This document shows positions 52,921 to 64,000 of a stretch of DNA of 64,000 nucleotides, piece by piece. The notes below the pieces were generated by a model. The model was not told the origin of the DNA, made no database searches, and saw only the letters and a program-made list of their open reading frames with translations. The position numbers and the translations under genes were made by a program. Source of the stretch: Basidiobolus meristosporus CBS 931.73 (taxonomy: Eukaryota > Fungi > Basidiobolomycota); NCBI GenBank assembly GCA_002104905.1, contig MCFE01000425.1:13575-77574 (forward strand), given 5' to 3'. Position 1 is the first letter of the stretch, and each line of letters starts with the position of its first letter.

Positions 52921-55900
52921 CTCTCCATTTGAACAGCCTTGGCCACTGGCCATTTAGTGGCATGGTCAGTTGCTACCAGGATCCAATGGTTGCATTTCCT
53001 GGTGATTGGCTGTCTTCCAATAAAGTTAATTCCCCATCTTTCAAATGATCTGAAAGGCTCCAAGGGAAAGTGTTCAGCAATTCTCAATGGTTGGCCTTGG
53101 TTGATTTAGCAATTTGGGCATGTTTCCACTAGCTTTTCAATGTTAGATTTCATTCTGGGCCACTATGCTCTGGCTGTCAGAAGGCTATAGGTTCCTTCAA
53201 TTCAAAGATGTCCATATCCATAGAGTAAACTCTTTTCTAAAGTCAGGTATTTTTAAGCTTGGTAGCTTAGCAAGTTCCTTCTTCAGCATCTGGAAGGCAG
53301 TCTCACAAGCTAGGTCTCACTTATAGGTATTATCTTTCTTGAGGATATTGGTTAAAGAAGCTTTAATACTAGCAAAGGACTTGACAAATCTCCAATAATA
53401 GGAAGCAATTCCAAGGAATGATCTGAGCTCTGCTATGCTATGGGGCTGCTTCAGATTCTTGATAACTTCAACATTCTCAGGGTTGAAGATGACTCCTGTG
53501 CCAGTCACTATGTGCCCCAGATGTTCAATGTATTTGTTGAAAAATTCACACCTGGGTAGCTTGCCATAAAGCTTGATCTCTCTTAGCTTCTTCAAGACCT
53601 TTTCAATGTGTACCAAGTGATCCTCTTCTGTCTTGCTGTATATCAATATATCATCTGGGTAGATTATTACAAACTTGTCTAAGTACTCCTGAAAGACAGT
53701 CTGTATCATGGTCATGAATGTTGCAGGGGCACTGGTGAGGCCAAAACTTGTGACTAAGTACTTGTAATGTCCATATCTTGTCCTGAATGCTGTCTTAGGG
53801 ATGTCTTCCGGCTTCACCCTAATCTTGTTGTATCCTGACATGAGGTCAATCTTGCTGACAATAGGGGTTCCATTGAGTTGGTGCAAAAGCTCATCAATCC
53901 AAGGTATGGGGTATGTATTCTTCATGGTAACTGAGTTGAGGGCTCTGTAGTCAATACACATCCAAAGTGCTCCATCCATCTTCATAAAAAGTACTGGTGC
54001 TCCCCAAGGTGACTTGCTGGGTCTGATGTATCCTTGCTCCGTAACTGATCTACTTGTCTCTTCATCTCTTCCAACTCCAATGGACTCATTCTGTAAGGTG
54101 TCTTACTCACTGGGGGGCTATCTTCTGTTTCAATGGCATGATCTGCATCTCTGACTGGTGGTAGGCTAACAAGCTTATCTGGAAATACATCTGAATATTC
54201 CTTCAAAAGAGTCTGGACCTTCTGGGTTACTGGAGTAGAGGTATCCTCCTGTAATACTGCCATGAGGAACATCTAGGTTCCTTTTCTTAGTGCTCAACAA
54301 AACTGTGCCTTGCTGAGTTCACATGTTTACACACACCAGATTTGACCAAGTTAACATCCAGTCTGGCAGGTAATAGCTCAAAGGTATTGTTGTCCTTCTG
54401 GATCTGAGTAACATCGGTTCACCAGTTGATTGATGGATTACAACAAAATAGCTAGGTTTTCCCAAGTACAAGGTCAAACTTGCAGTTCACAAATATATAG
54501 GCCTGTAGATTTTCTTTATAGTCATTGATCTTCATCTTTACTGGCTGAGTAATATGGTTGATTATGTGAGAGCTCCCATTGGCTGTTGAGCCTGAGGTTG
54601 ATTTGGTGGGTACCTAGTTGATTACAGCTTCCAAAGCAAATTGCTCAGACATATACTCATGCAATGCTCCTGAGTCAATCATGGTCTTGGCAGGTACTCC
54701 ATTGATTACACCATTCAAGTATAATAGCTTTCCTGAGGTTGAGGCCATCTGGGATAGGTATTCTTCTGTCATATGGAAGGTGAGTTCTGAGTCTTCTTCA
54801 AGTTCATCCTCCATGTTACTATGCTCCAGGGTGTCAATATGGTTAAAGGTTCTTGATGGCTAGTATCCATTTCTTCTCTGAGGGCAGTACTTTGCAATAT
54901 GTCCCTGCTGGTGGCAATTTAAGCAAAGTCCTTTCTTCTTACATTCTTCTGAGGTAGGATTCTTTTGTAATGCATCTATTTCTATTGGCACTGCTTCTGA
55001 TTGTCTTCTTTAATAGTGATTGTGGCCTCTCTGATTAGTCATTGTGGGCTTCCCAACTCCAAATATAGCTGACTCATAGTCAATGGCAATCTAGATGGCT
55101 TCTTCAATAGTCTAAGATCTTCAAAAATCACTTCCTTACAAGTTCTTTCTTTCAGCCCATCAAAAACGTATTCAACTTGATCCAGAGGGTCCATTCTTTC
55201 AATTTGCCCAAGTTGACATCTATATTCATAGATGTACTCTTGGTCCATTCCTTTCTGTCTGAGTGTCTTCAACTTTCTTCTTAGAAGTGTCTGTTGGTGT
55301 GGGGGCTCAAACGCATCCTGAATTTCCAACACAAACTCATCCCAGGTAGAGATTGTAGAGCATCCCATTATGATAACTGACCTGATCTTGTTGTGCTACC
55401 ACTGTAAAGCTGCATCTGCCAGGTAAGAGGCTGCATAATGCAATTTGCTTTCTGGAGCAATTCCCTTAGCCTTGAAAGCTTCTTCAATCTGAAAGAGCCA
55501 AGTTCTCAGGTTCTAATTGACCCTACCATAGTACTGGTTGACCTTCACACTAAAGTTGCTCTTTACAAGGTTTTGCTGGCTTTGAGCCATGATTGTTGCT
55601 CCTTGTTGCTGCTGGCTAAGGATCTGGAGTAACTGTTGCTGCTGGGCCAGGATTTGTTGCATAGCATTCTTCCATTCTCAATTTTTTGGTCATCATGAGG
55701 GAGGCTTCTTCTTTCTTCAGGAGGGATGTTTCTGGTTATTGCTGCTACCAATGTTGCAAGTCTTGGTTTAAGAGTTGTAGAGGAACAGGGAGTTTAGCTA
55801 GTATTGTATTCACTAAAACTTGAACTGATCTTTTTTGAGGTTCCAGCAGCTCCTTATATACATTTGCCAGATCAATTGCTGACTATTTGTATTTCCTAAT

Positions 55901-56118
55901 GTAGGCTGCGGCTGATGACTCACTTGATTGCACCATCATCACCCAATAAGATCATACATAATATATCCATTTTTCTCTGATAAGGATCTGCTGATTTATT
56001 TGCTGACTAATGCTACTGATTTGATACATAAAACCAATACACTGATAAGCTAAACATATAACTGATTGATTTGACTAAAAACTGATCTAACTTACACATT
56101 TAAGCACAGATCATAAGA
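52921..56118 (-). mobile_element. Gypsy-1 element: 5' LTR 55752-56118, PBS TGGTAGCAGC, gag-CCHC-protease-RT, integrase fragment; 3' end lost
   Basis: Gag TWDEFVLEIQDAFEPP, knuckle CLNCHQQGHIAKYC, protease MIDSGA, RT LWMCIDYRALN..KTAFRTRYGHY..YPDD, integrase FERWGINFIG. Confidence 0.92.
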
Positions 56119-59100
56119 AGTGCATCCAACAGCTTTAAATGGCCCTTAAAATTTGGGGTCAAGTTTAGATTGTTTGATTGCATCTAGTGTCATGACATAT
56201 GTCCAATCTTGAAAGCAGCTATTTCTGTGTCTTGAGGCATATGTTGAAGTTAGCTTTTGCTGTGAGGCTCTACTCCTGGTACTGAAGTCAAAGTAGGTAA
56301 TGCTAGTAAGGCACTCAAGCTGGTTCTTCAGCTTATCTGTCTTGAACTTTGCTAACTCTGTATTCTGGTAGTCTCCAAAGTGGCAGAATTTTCTACCAAA
56401 CATTAAAGAAAATAGTGTTGATGCATACAGTGCAGCAATTTTGGTGCTAATGGCATACTGTACAGCAGAACTGTAATTGTCCTAATTCTGCTGGATACCT
56501 TTGATAGATTTCTGATTATGTTCACTGAGGTCTCAACCTGACTTTCAGCAAGTCCATTAACTTTAGGATGATACGGCAAGATCTGACAGTTATCAATGGC
56601 TCTATTCTGGTCATGGTCTTTGATCATGTGATTCACATACTGGGCTCTGTTATCTGATTGAATGACCTTATGGAATCCAAAAAAGCAAAACAGCTTGAAT
56701 AGTGCTGGTGCAATATTAGCAGCATACTTGTCTGGGATGGCTTTGAGGAAGAAAAGTATGTGCAGACATCCCCAATTACAAAGATGTGGTGAAGATAGAA
56801 CGTATTCCTTTCATTGGCTTATGGGATTCTACAAGTTGCGGAATTCAGTTAAGGAAGCTGTAGTGAGCCTACTGACTATGTAGCAGTCACATGTCCCTCC
56901 TAGGGAGAGTTTGAGAAAAGTCTTGAAAGATGGTCAGGCATGATGCTCAGAATTCTTTGGCAATAAGTAACTATATATTTGGAATTGAGCAGAGCATGAA
57001 GCCAATTTGTAAGCATTGGAGTCAGGGTCTTTTGAGTGTGGATATAGATAAGGGCTTGGTGGTCAGTGTACAAGGTGAAAGGGTTACCCCATAGATACTG
57101 GTGAAGATTTTTCAGGACAAAGACAATGGCAGGTAATTTCTTCTTAGTGGCAAAGTAGTTTTGCTCAGCAGGTTGAAGGCATCTGGCTTGAAAAGAGATC
57201 CAGTGAGGTGGGTATTGGTCTTCATTCCGGTATAGGACACTCCCTGACCTAACATTAGAAGCATATGTAGCAACAACAAAGGTTTTAGTAAAGTCAACAT
57301 AGGATATGGTAGGTGCTAGGGGAGCAATTGGCAGAGTGACTCACATGCTTGGTCACAAGCCATACTCCAGGCTGAGGAAAGATTGGGACTATGATGTAAT
57401 AAATCCAAAGGGGCACTCAATAGGGACATTTGTGGTATGTGTTGCCTGAAATATTTGAATACTCCAAGACAATCTTAAAGTTGCTTAGCACCAGTGGGTT
57501 TTGGCCATTCAGGAATAGTGACCTGCATAAAGGGTCTAGTTGGTGGCCAGCTGGTGTGACTAAGAATCCAGGTGGATTGATTTTGAGGCATACAAGGCTT
57601 CACTTTCCATCATTGAGAACTAGTTCAGCAGCTGTCAATCTGTTAATTTCATTGGTGTCCTAAGTTTCATGCTCATCATGGTTTGTGAAAAATACAATAG
57701 CATCAACAACAAGTCCCAATGCATGTGGTTCATTCCTGATTATTATTATCATAGCTCTCTGGATCTTGCCGGTAAGTGTTTTAAGCCAAAGGGAGCTTAC
57801 ATTAACATCTATTGCATATTATTTGCAATAATGGCAGTTTTGTGCTGATGATCTGGATGAATCTGGAATCAGTGATATGCATCTTTCAGGTCCAGCTTAA
57901 AGAATACTTTGGCTCCTGAGAGTGCAAAAAAGATATCCTGGATTCTTGGAATCATAAATTTATTATCTTGGAGAAGTTTGCTCAGAGGTCTAGCAGTCCA
58001 ACAGGGTCTCTTCAGAGTTAGATTTCCATCAGCATCTTTCTCAGGTGTTAGCATCAAAGAGCTGGTGATTATATATTGACAGGAGCTTGAGTGATAACTC
58101 CATTGTCAGCCCACTTTTGGATTATCTATCAACCAAGTGTTGACTTGAATGTTGAATTAGGTATTTTCTCCTCCATGTGGATGCACCAGGTGGGGTTTCT
58201 AGCATAACAATGGATTCTAGAATAGTGCAGAAACTGTGTCTTGGAATGGCTTAGTTTCTTTCTATGGTCAGCTGAATATCCTATTTGACTAATTGAGAAT
58301 ATGTTTGAAAAGTTGGGGCTGATTCCTCTTCTTCTGGTTAGGGTGAGACAATTACTTGAATCTGATCCATTACAGGTGGCTGGGACTTAGTGATTCTGGG
58401 ATTGTAAACTGGGATTCTGCCTATGTGAAACCAAGTTTGGTGAAGGTGTCTAGACTAATGAATACTTGAGGTCCATCTGGAATATCAATAACTTCCATTT
58501 GATGAATTATAGCTACTGAACCACAATGTAGGCTGTTTGGGTTTGTGATACTAATTCTTGGGGCTGAGAGGTCCTTAGCTGCAAGTATGATTTCTCCTGG
58601 TTACTTTTCTATTTCCAGTTTGAATTCTTTGACTACATTGGGCTATACAATTGAGTTGGGTGATCCAGTATCCAGTGGTGCTGCATATGATTGGACATTG
58701 AGTTGGAGTGGCACCTTTATGGCTTTTAGCTGCATTATAAGTTGCTCCTTTTTGTCAGCAGTTGCAATTATAGCCAGATATTCACAGAGGTTGTGATAAT
58801 CTTGAGCTGTAAGTTCTTCATATGCTTCCTTGTACCCTGTTATATCATTGTCTAAGTGATCATCCAGGAACTGAGTATTTTTGCCAATGGTGCAGATTTC
58901 CCCTCAGCATAGGCAGGTGATCTATATCCTGTCTTTCAACATTTAAAGAATTTGTCATCAGCATATGGATTTTCAGTTATGATGCCTTGTTGCTTTTCTG
59001 AGGTGTTTCTTGAAATGTTTGACTGCCTGGTAATGCCTTTGCATTCACTAGTAAGATAATAGCATCTTCCATTAAGCTCACAATGCTTAGTAGAGCTGAC

Positions 59101-60350
59101 TTCTTCTTAGTCTCATGACTGTTTTCTTTTCTGATTGCTACTGGATCTTGAGTAGAATTAACTGAAGCCTGGCTAACAGCTGCAGTCATGGGGATTGCAA
59201 GTTTACATATCTGTGAGATCTTGTCATAAGTGGATATAAGGTTGCATGCTCTAACAATAGCAACAATGCTCAATAGCTGGTGTGAGAAGTTTGAAAGAAG
59301 ATGAGAAGTAAGCAACAGATTATCATTGATAACTCCAGGTAATCTCATTAGTCTCTGGAATATATCACTTATTTGTTGCACAGATCCACCTTTCTGCATA
59401 TAGTTTTCTATAAGTTGCAGTACAGGTGCTCTTTCTCATGGGGATCTTGAAAATAGCTGCCAAAGAGGGTTTGGGCAATTTTCTACACACTATTGGAAGA
59501 AATGCTCTCTTCAACTCAGTCAGCATCTTTCATGGTGAAACAGAGTGGCAGAAGTCTAGTCCAACTGGTTTCAGGGTCTAGCTTGTGCGCAGCCAAGATA
59601 TGACTAAACTTGTTGAGAAACTCAGTAAGATTCTTTATGGAATCGGATCCTTCAGCATAAAGAGGCTAGGAACTTGTGACAACCACCATGGCTGGCCTAG
59701 AGGAAGATGTAGATCTGGAGGATCCAAATGCATGGCTTCCTGGTTACTGATGCAAAGCAATGCTTGGCAAATTTTCAATGCTGTTTATTACAATGGCAAC
59801 ATTCTCCAGAGCTTCTTTTGTAATTCCAGTTTCATCTTGGTAACCAGATATAATTTTAAGGAGCTCATCTCTACCATAATTGTCAGATCTTGTTCTGGCA
59901 AGCTTTGAGTGCTCCAGCATCAAGGTGTTTCTTTAATGCATGATTTTTTGAGCTGTTCAGTCAGTTAATCTTGATTTCCTTGTACTTCTTCCTACATGGA
60001 AAGATTTGGGGTGTTTGCTACAAAGAACATCCTGTAAAGCAGTTGAATATAATGGAATTCAATCAAGAAGATTCTGTGTCCAAGAGAAAAGTGTAATCAA
60101 TCTCTTAAATGGCTTAACCAAACTCAAGTGACAACTAAATGCAGAAACTCAAAATTGTCACAGAGTGACAGAAATATAAGCAGTGGTTCTGCTTTAATGT
60201 AGGTCTTATATATAGCTGAGTTTACCTATAAAGGCAACAGACTTGGCTCGTTATGCAGGCTAGGTCTGGTGTTCTTGAGAGTGCTAGATATGCCAGGCTT
60301 GGGTAAAAACTAGAGCAGAACTCTTAAATTCTCAACTTTGCTGGGATACT
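56119..60350 (-). mobile_element. Gypsy-2 degenerate element (gag, protease, RT, RNaseH, integrase)
   Basis: Protease LDTGS, RT KFMIPRIQDIFFALSGAKVFFKLDLKDAYH, RNaseH GNPFTLYTDHQAL, integrase PYHPKVNGLAE. Confidence 0.85.
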
Positions 60351-60628
60351 ATCTTGAATGTGCTGAGACAGACATTAAATCAAAAGGTTCAGAAAACCTT
60401 GTTTATACTGTTCTGTTTTAATCACTCCAAGTACCATATTCAAGAGGCTGAGGTGTGCCTAAAGGCCTCACAAACCTGCCTGACTCAGTTTGCCACAATG
60501 ACAAAGACAGCCAGGTGACAATATTGATGTACCAACTGGCTGGCAATAGAATGTTGGTATAGTAGACACTGATGAATGGTCTGTTGCAATTTAAGAAGTG
60601 ATATAGATATAAGGGACTCATCAAGATA

Positions 60629-61120
60629 TATTGATAATAGTTGAGCAGCTGTTTATTCATAAAGAGGATCAGTGTTTACACCTTTGTAGAACTAATACAG
60701 CCGTAACACCAAGTAAGGAGGGTTTGTCAACATTCAGGAGCATTCTGCAGCAGTTTCAGGGTTAGTACATAATATTTGGTAAAAAGTGTTCATTTGATCT
60801 TCACTATAGGGGAAAAGCCATAGGATCATAGTTGTGAAGAAACTAGCAAATTTGGAGCTGCAAATAACTCCTACAGTGATGGAGACTAGTTTAGAATTCT
60901 TAAGTAAGTTTTTAGCTGCTGAATGATACTAAATAGTCCAATATTGCAGCGTTCCCCCTCATCTAACTAGTTTCTTTGTCCTAATTTCTCTCTAAGAATG
61001 TCAAATTGTGGTCTAGATAGTGGTTTTGTGAATATATCTGCCACCATCTTGTCAGTTGGACAGTAAATTAACTTTACCAAGTTGTTTTCTACAGCTTCCC
61101 TTACAAAGTGGTGTTGAATA
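60629..61120 (-). mobile_element. Copia-2 copy B3: RNaseH C-terminus, PPT and 3' LTR (about 60629-60951)
   Basis: IQHHFVREAVENNLVKLIYCPTDKMVADIFTKPL..* followed by GAGGGGGAA; the LTR matches 43451-43771. Confidence 0.82.
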
Positions 61121-64000
61121 TGTTGTAAGAGTCTTGGAGATATTGGAAGTGATTGGGAGAACAAGTAGATTATGTGGTTTTCACTTAATGATTTATTGAA
61201 TGTAAAAGTGGTATTTATACTTTTACCTGGTCTTGGCATTACAAACACGTAGAATAGGTTAAGGAAGGTCCCAAGAACATGTGTGCAAAGTTTGGGGCTG
61301 TTTGGACAACTTTGAGAATTTTCATGTTTTGGGTATCTGGTATTTTGGTGAAAATATTCTAAGTAAATCCTGACAAGGAATTTGGTCAGTATTTTCTAGG
61401 ATTTGAAGGTAATGATCTAAGTGACTAAGTTAGGTGAATATTTAGGTGGAAATACAAATTTTTTACAACACTCCCACTCAGCTAAATGTTCATACTGACT
61501 AGTCCTAATTTTGACCTAAGATATCCAAACTTGTCTCTAGCTAATGGTTTGGTAAATATGTCTGCAATCATTTCATCTGTAGGACAGTAAACTAATCTAA
61601 CTAAGTTACTCTCTATAGCTTCACGTATGAAATGATGTCTAATATCTATGTGCTTGGTTCTAGCATGAAAAGTTGGATTTCTACCTAATTGTATACATCC
61701 TTGATTATCTTGAAATAAAGTAATAGGCGTTTTTTGACATAGGCCTAAATCTGTAAACAGCTTTCTTAACCACATTGCTTCTTTTGTAGCCTCACAGGCT
61801 GCCATATATTCTGCCTCTGTAGTAGAAAGTGCTATGGTTGGTTGCTTTCTTGAATTCCATGAAATTGCTCCTTTACAGTAAAGAAAGGTGTATCCTGTGG
61901 TGGATCTTCTGTCTTCTAAATTTTGTCCCCAATCAGCATCAGAGTATCCCACAAGATCCTGTTCTGAATCCTTATAAGTGTATCTTAAGCAGATATCAGC
62001 AGTTCCTTTTAGGTATCTAAAAATCCGCTTAACTGCTGCAATATGATCAGATCCATAATTCTGATTATGTTGGCTGACAACTCCCACTGAATATGAGATA
62101 TCTGGACGTGTTCCAAGCATGATATACATCAGACTGCCGACCATAGATTGATAAGGAAAGTCAGGGCTTTCAGATGGCACCAAGCTCTCTTGATTTGGTT
62201 GAGTTTTGACCAAGTTAAGGTTTGTCTCCATTGGGGTAGCTGCCAGTTTACAGTCTTCCATTTTGTACTTCTTTAGTATATCTTGAATATACTTGGATTG
62301 GCTTAGGGTAATAGTCTGGGTACTTCTGTCTATGGAGAACTTAATCCCTAAGTAGTAACTGAGTTCTCCTAGATTGGACATCTTGAACTCCTTAGATAGG
62401 CTGGATTTAGTCTCTTCCAATGTTTCTAGGTTATTGGTGGCTATAATAAGATCATCCACATATAGAGCTAATAGAACTGGATTTGCTCTATCTGGCTTAT
62501 AGTATATACTATAGTCAGCATTACTCCTTTTGAAACTCAAAGATTCCAAATAAGAATCTATCTTGCAATTCCATGCTCTCGGGATTGTTTGAGACCATAT
62601 AGTGACTTTTTAAGCTTGCAGACCAAATGGGGGTTATCTTGGTCAACAAACCCATCAGGCTGGTCCATATACACGTCCTCATCAAGTTCTCCATTCAAAA
62701 ATGCAGTTTTTACATCCATTTGATGAATAAAAAACTTATATTTGGCTGCAATAGCCAATATTAATCTGATGGAATTAAACTTGGCTACCGGTGCAAAGGT
62801 CTCAGTATAGTCAAGTCCTTTTGTTTGAGAGTATCCTTTGGCTACAAGTCTTGCTTTGTATCTTTCAATTGTACCATCAGCCTTGTACTTTGTCTTGAAG
62901 ACCCATCTGCATCCAATTGATTTTTGGTTGATTGGTAATTTGACTAAGTCCCAAGTTTGATTTTCCATCAGGGCCTGATATTCCTCAGTCATTGCAGATC
63001 TCCAAAACTTTGTCTGAGGGCTATTTAGGGCCTCTTTTACAGTCTGGGGTTCATCAATATGGACTGAATAGGCATAGGCTAAGTTTGTACCCTCATTAAT
63101 ATAGTAATTTGGGCTATTTCTTGTCCGATTTGATCTCCGGGCATTTGATACTGGAATGATCACTTCTGGGATATTCCTGGGCACTGATTCTGGCTGAACC
63201 ACGGTTGTAGAGTCCTCTGGAGTGAAAAAATTTTCATTGTTTTGCTCTGATTCAATCCTGACAATTGGTGGACTTGAGATCAAATTTTTGTCATCATCTG
63301 ATGTCATTTTTTGTGAAAATTTTGAATTTTCATCAAACAACACATCCCTGGACTTGATAAGCTTCTTTGCTTTGGTATTGTAGAGTCTGTATGCCTTACT
63401 CTCATTGCAGTAGCCCAAAAATATGCATTTTACACTTTTTGGCTCAAATTTTGACTGATTTCCGGCCAGTTTTTTGGCATATGCTGTACACCCAAATATT
63501 CTTAGATGTTCTGCACTTGGTCTGTATCCATACCATGCTTCAAATGGAGTAGAATCACGAAGTATTCTGTTATAACTCCTATTTTTAAGATATACAGCAG
63601 TGGCAACTGATTCCGCCCAAAAATCATAGGATAATTTTTGATCATGGATCATAGATCTTGCCATATCAATTATTGATCTGTTAGCTTGTTCTGCTACTCC
63701 ATTTTGCTGTGGGGAGTATGGTACAGTAGTCTCTTGCTTTATCCCATGAATTTTGCAGAAGTGGATGAAGAGTTTTGAGGTATATTCTCCACCATTGTCA
63801 GAGCGTATTTTCTTGATTTTTTCACCAGTTTCTCTCTCCACCATGGCTTTAAACTCCCTGAGCTTAGACAGAGCTTCTTCCTTTCTCTCCATGAAGTAGA
63901 CCCATGTGTATCTTGTATAATCATCAATAAAAGTGATTAAATACTTCATCCGCCTAAGGATAAATTTTGCATAGGTCCACACAGATCTGAGTGAATTAGA
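61121..64000 (-). mobile_element. Copia-1 copy A4, young and near-intact (3' LTR 61121-61470; 5' part outside window)
   Basis: TGTTG/CAACA LTR, PPT-like GAGTGGGAG after the stop, long open pol frames. Confidence 0.95.
61482..64000 (-). CDS. Copia pol (integrase, RT, RNase H), 5'-partial, with one 1-bp frameshift at 62581-62583
   Basis: ORFs 62558-63982 and 61482-62549 join into one polyprotein if one base is added: IRSDNGGEY, PQQNGVAE, HQMDVKTAFLNG, SLYGLKQS[P]RAWN, LYVDDL, GYSDADW, TKHIDIRHHF. Confidence 0.9.

Noticed and set aside
52857-53087. ORF joining gypsy integrase to other sequence, as a possible gypsy-copia hybrid protein
   Set aside because: It is a deletion junction at about 52921 between two dead elements, with stops on both sides.
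11721-60600. Host genes, tRNA or rRNA genes within the repeat block
   Set aside because: The short ORFs I could assign map to TE fragments or their antisense frames, and no tRNA- or rRNA-like sequence was recognised by eye. tRNAscan-SE and Infernal would be needed to exclude them formally.
8705-61120. Neurospora-type RIP (CpA to TpA)
   Set aside because: CA and TG dinucleotides are abundant and the visible loss is at CpG. Old copies also carry transversions and indels typical of ordinary decay.
60967-61248. 93-aa ORF starting MFVMPRPGK (same start at 8909)
   Set aside because: Chimera of Copia-1 LTR sequence read into adjacent RNase H (or gag); not a gene.

Overview
Eukaryotic, fungal-type DNA (short GT-AG introns with CTAAC branch points; probably an early-diverging fungus, but the species cannot be assigned from sequence alone). 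It has two sharply different compartments. (1) Positions 1-8.3 kb are CpG-rich host-gene DNA: a 5'-truncated TFIIIA-like C2H2 gene (+), a complete ~24-exon UBP15/USP7 deubiquitinase (+), and a convergent intronless gene (-) for a small secreted, probably GPI-anchored protein with 8 cysteines in a CFEM-like spacing. (2) Positions 8.7-64 kb are a CpG-depleted block of nested transposable elements with no recognisable host genes. It contains two Ty1/copia families (one near-intact copy at the right edge), two Ty3/gypsy families with internal remnants, and at least nine solo or remnant LTRs from three families, with 4-bp TSDs wherever one can be read. It also holds several copies of a CMC/EnSpm (Tnp2) DNA transposon with CCCTA termini and 3-bp TSDs that carries a divergently oriented, uncharacterised second ORF, plus a long foldback element. 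Many insertion boundaries could be confirmed against empty-site paralogues inside the window. The best candidates for something undescribed are the two-gene CCCTA transposon with its companion ORF, an LTR family whose target duplications appear CpG-centred, and the CFEM-like protein with a DxGCxC motif. All alignments were done by eye, coordinates of degenerate pieces are approximate, and no database searches were run.
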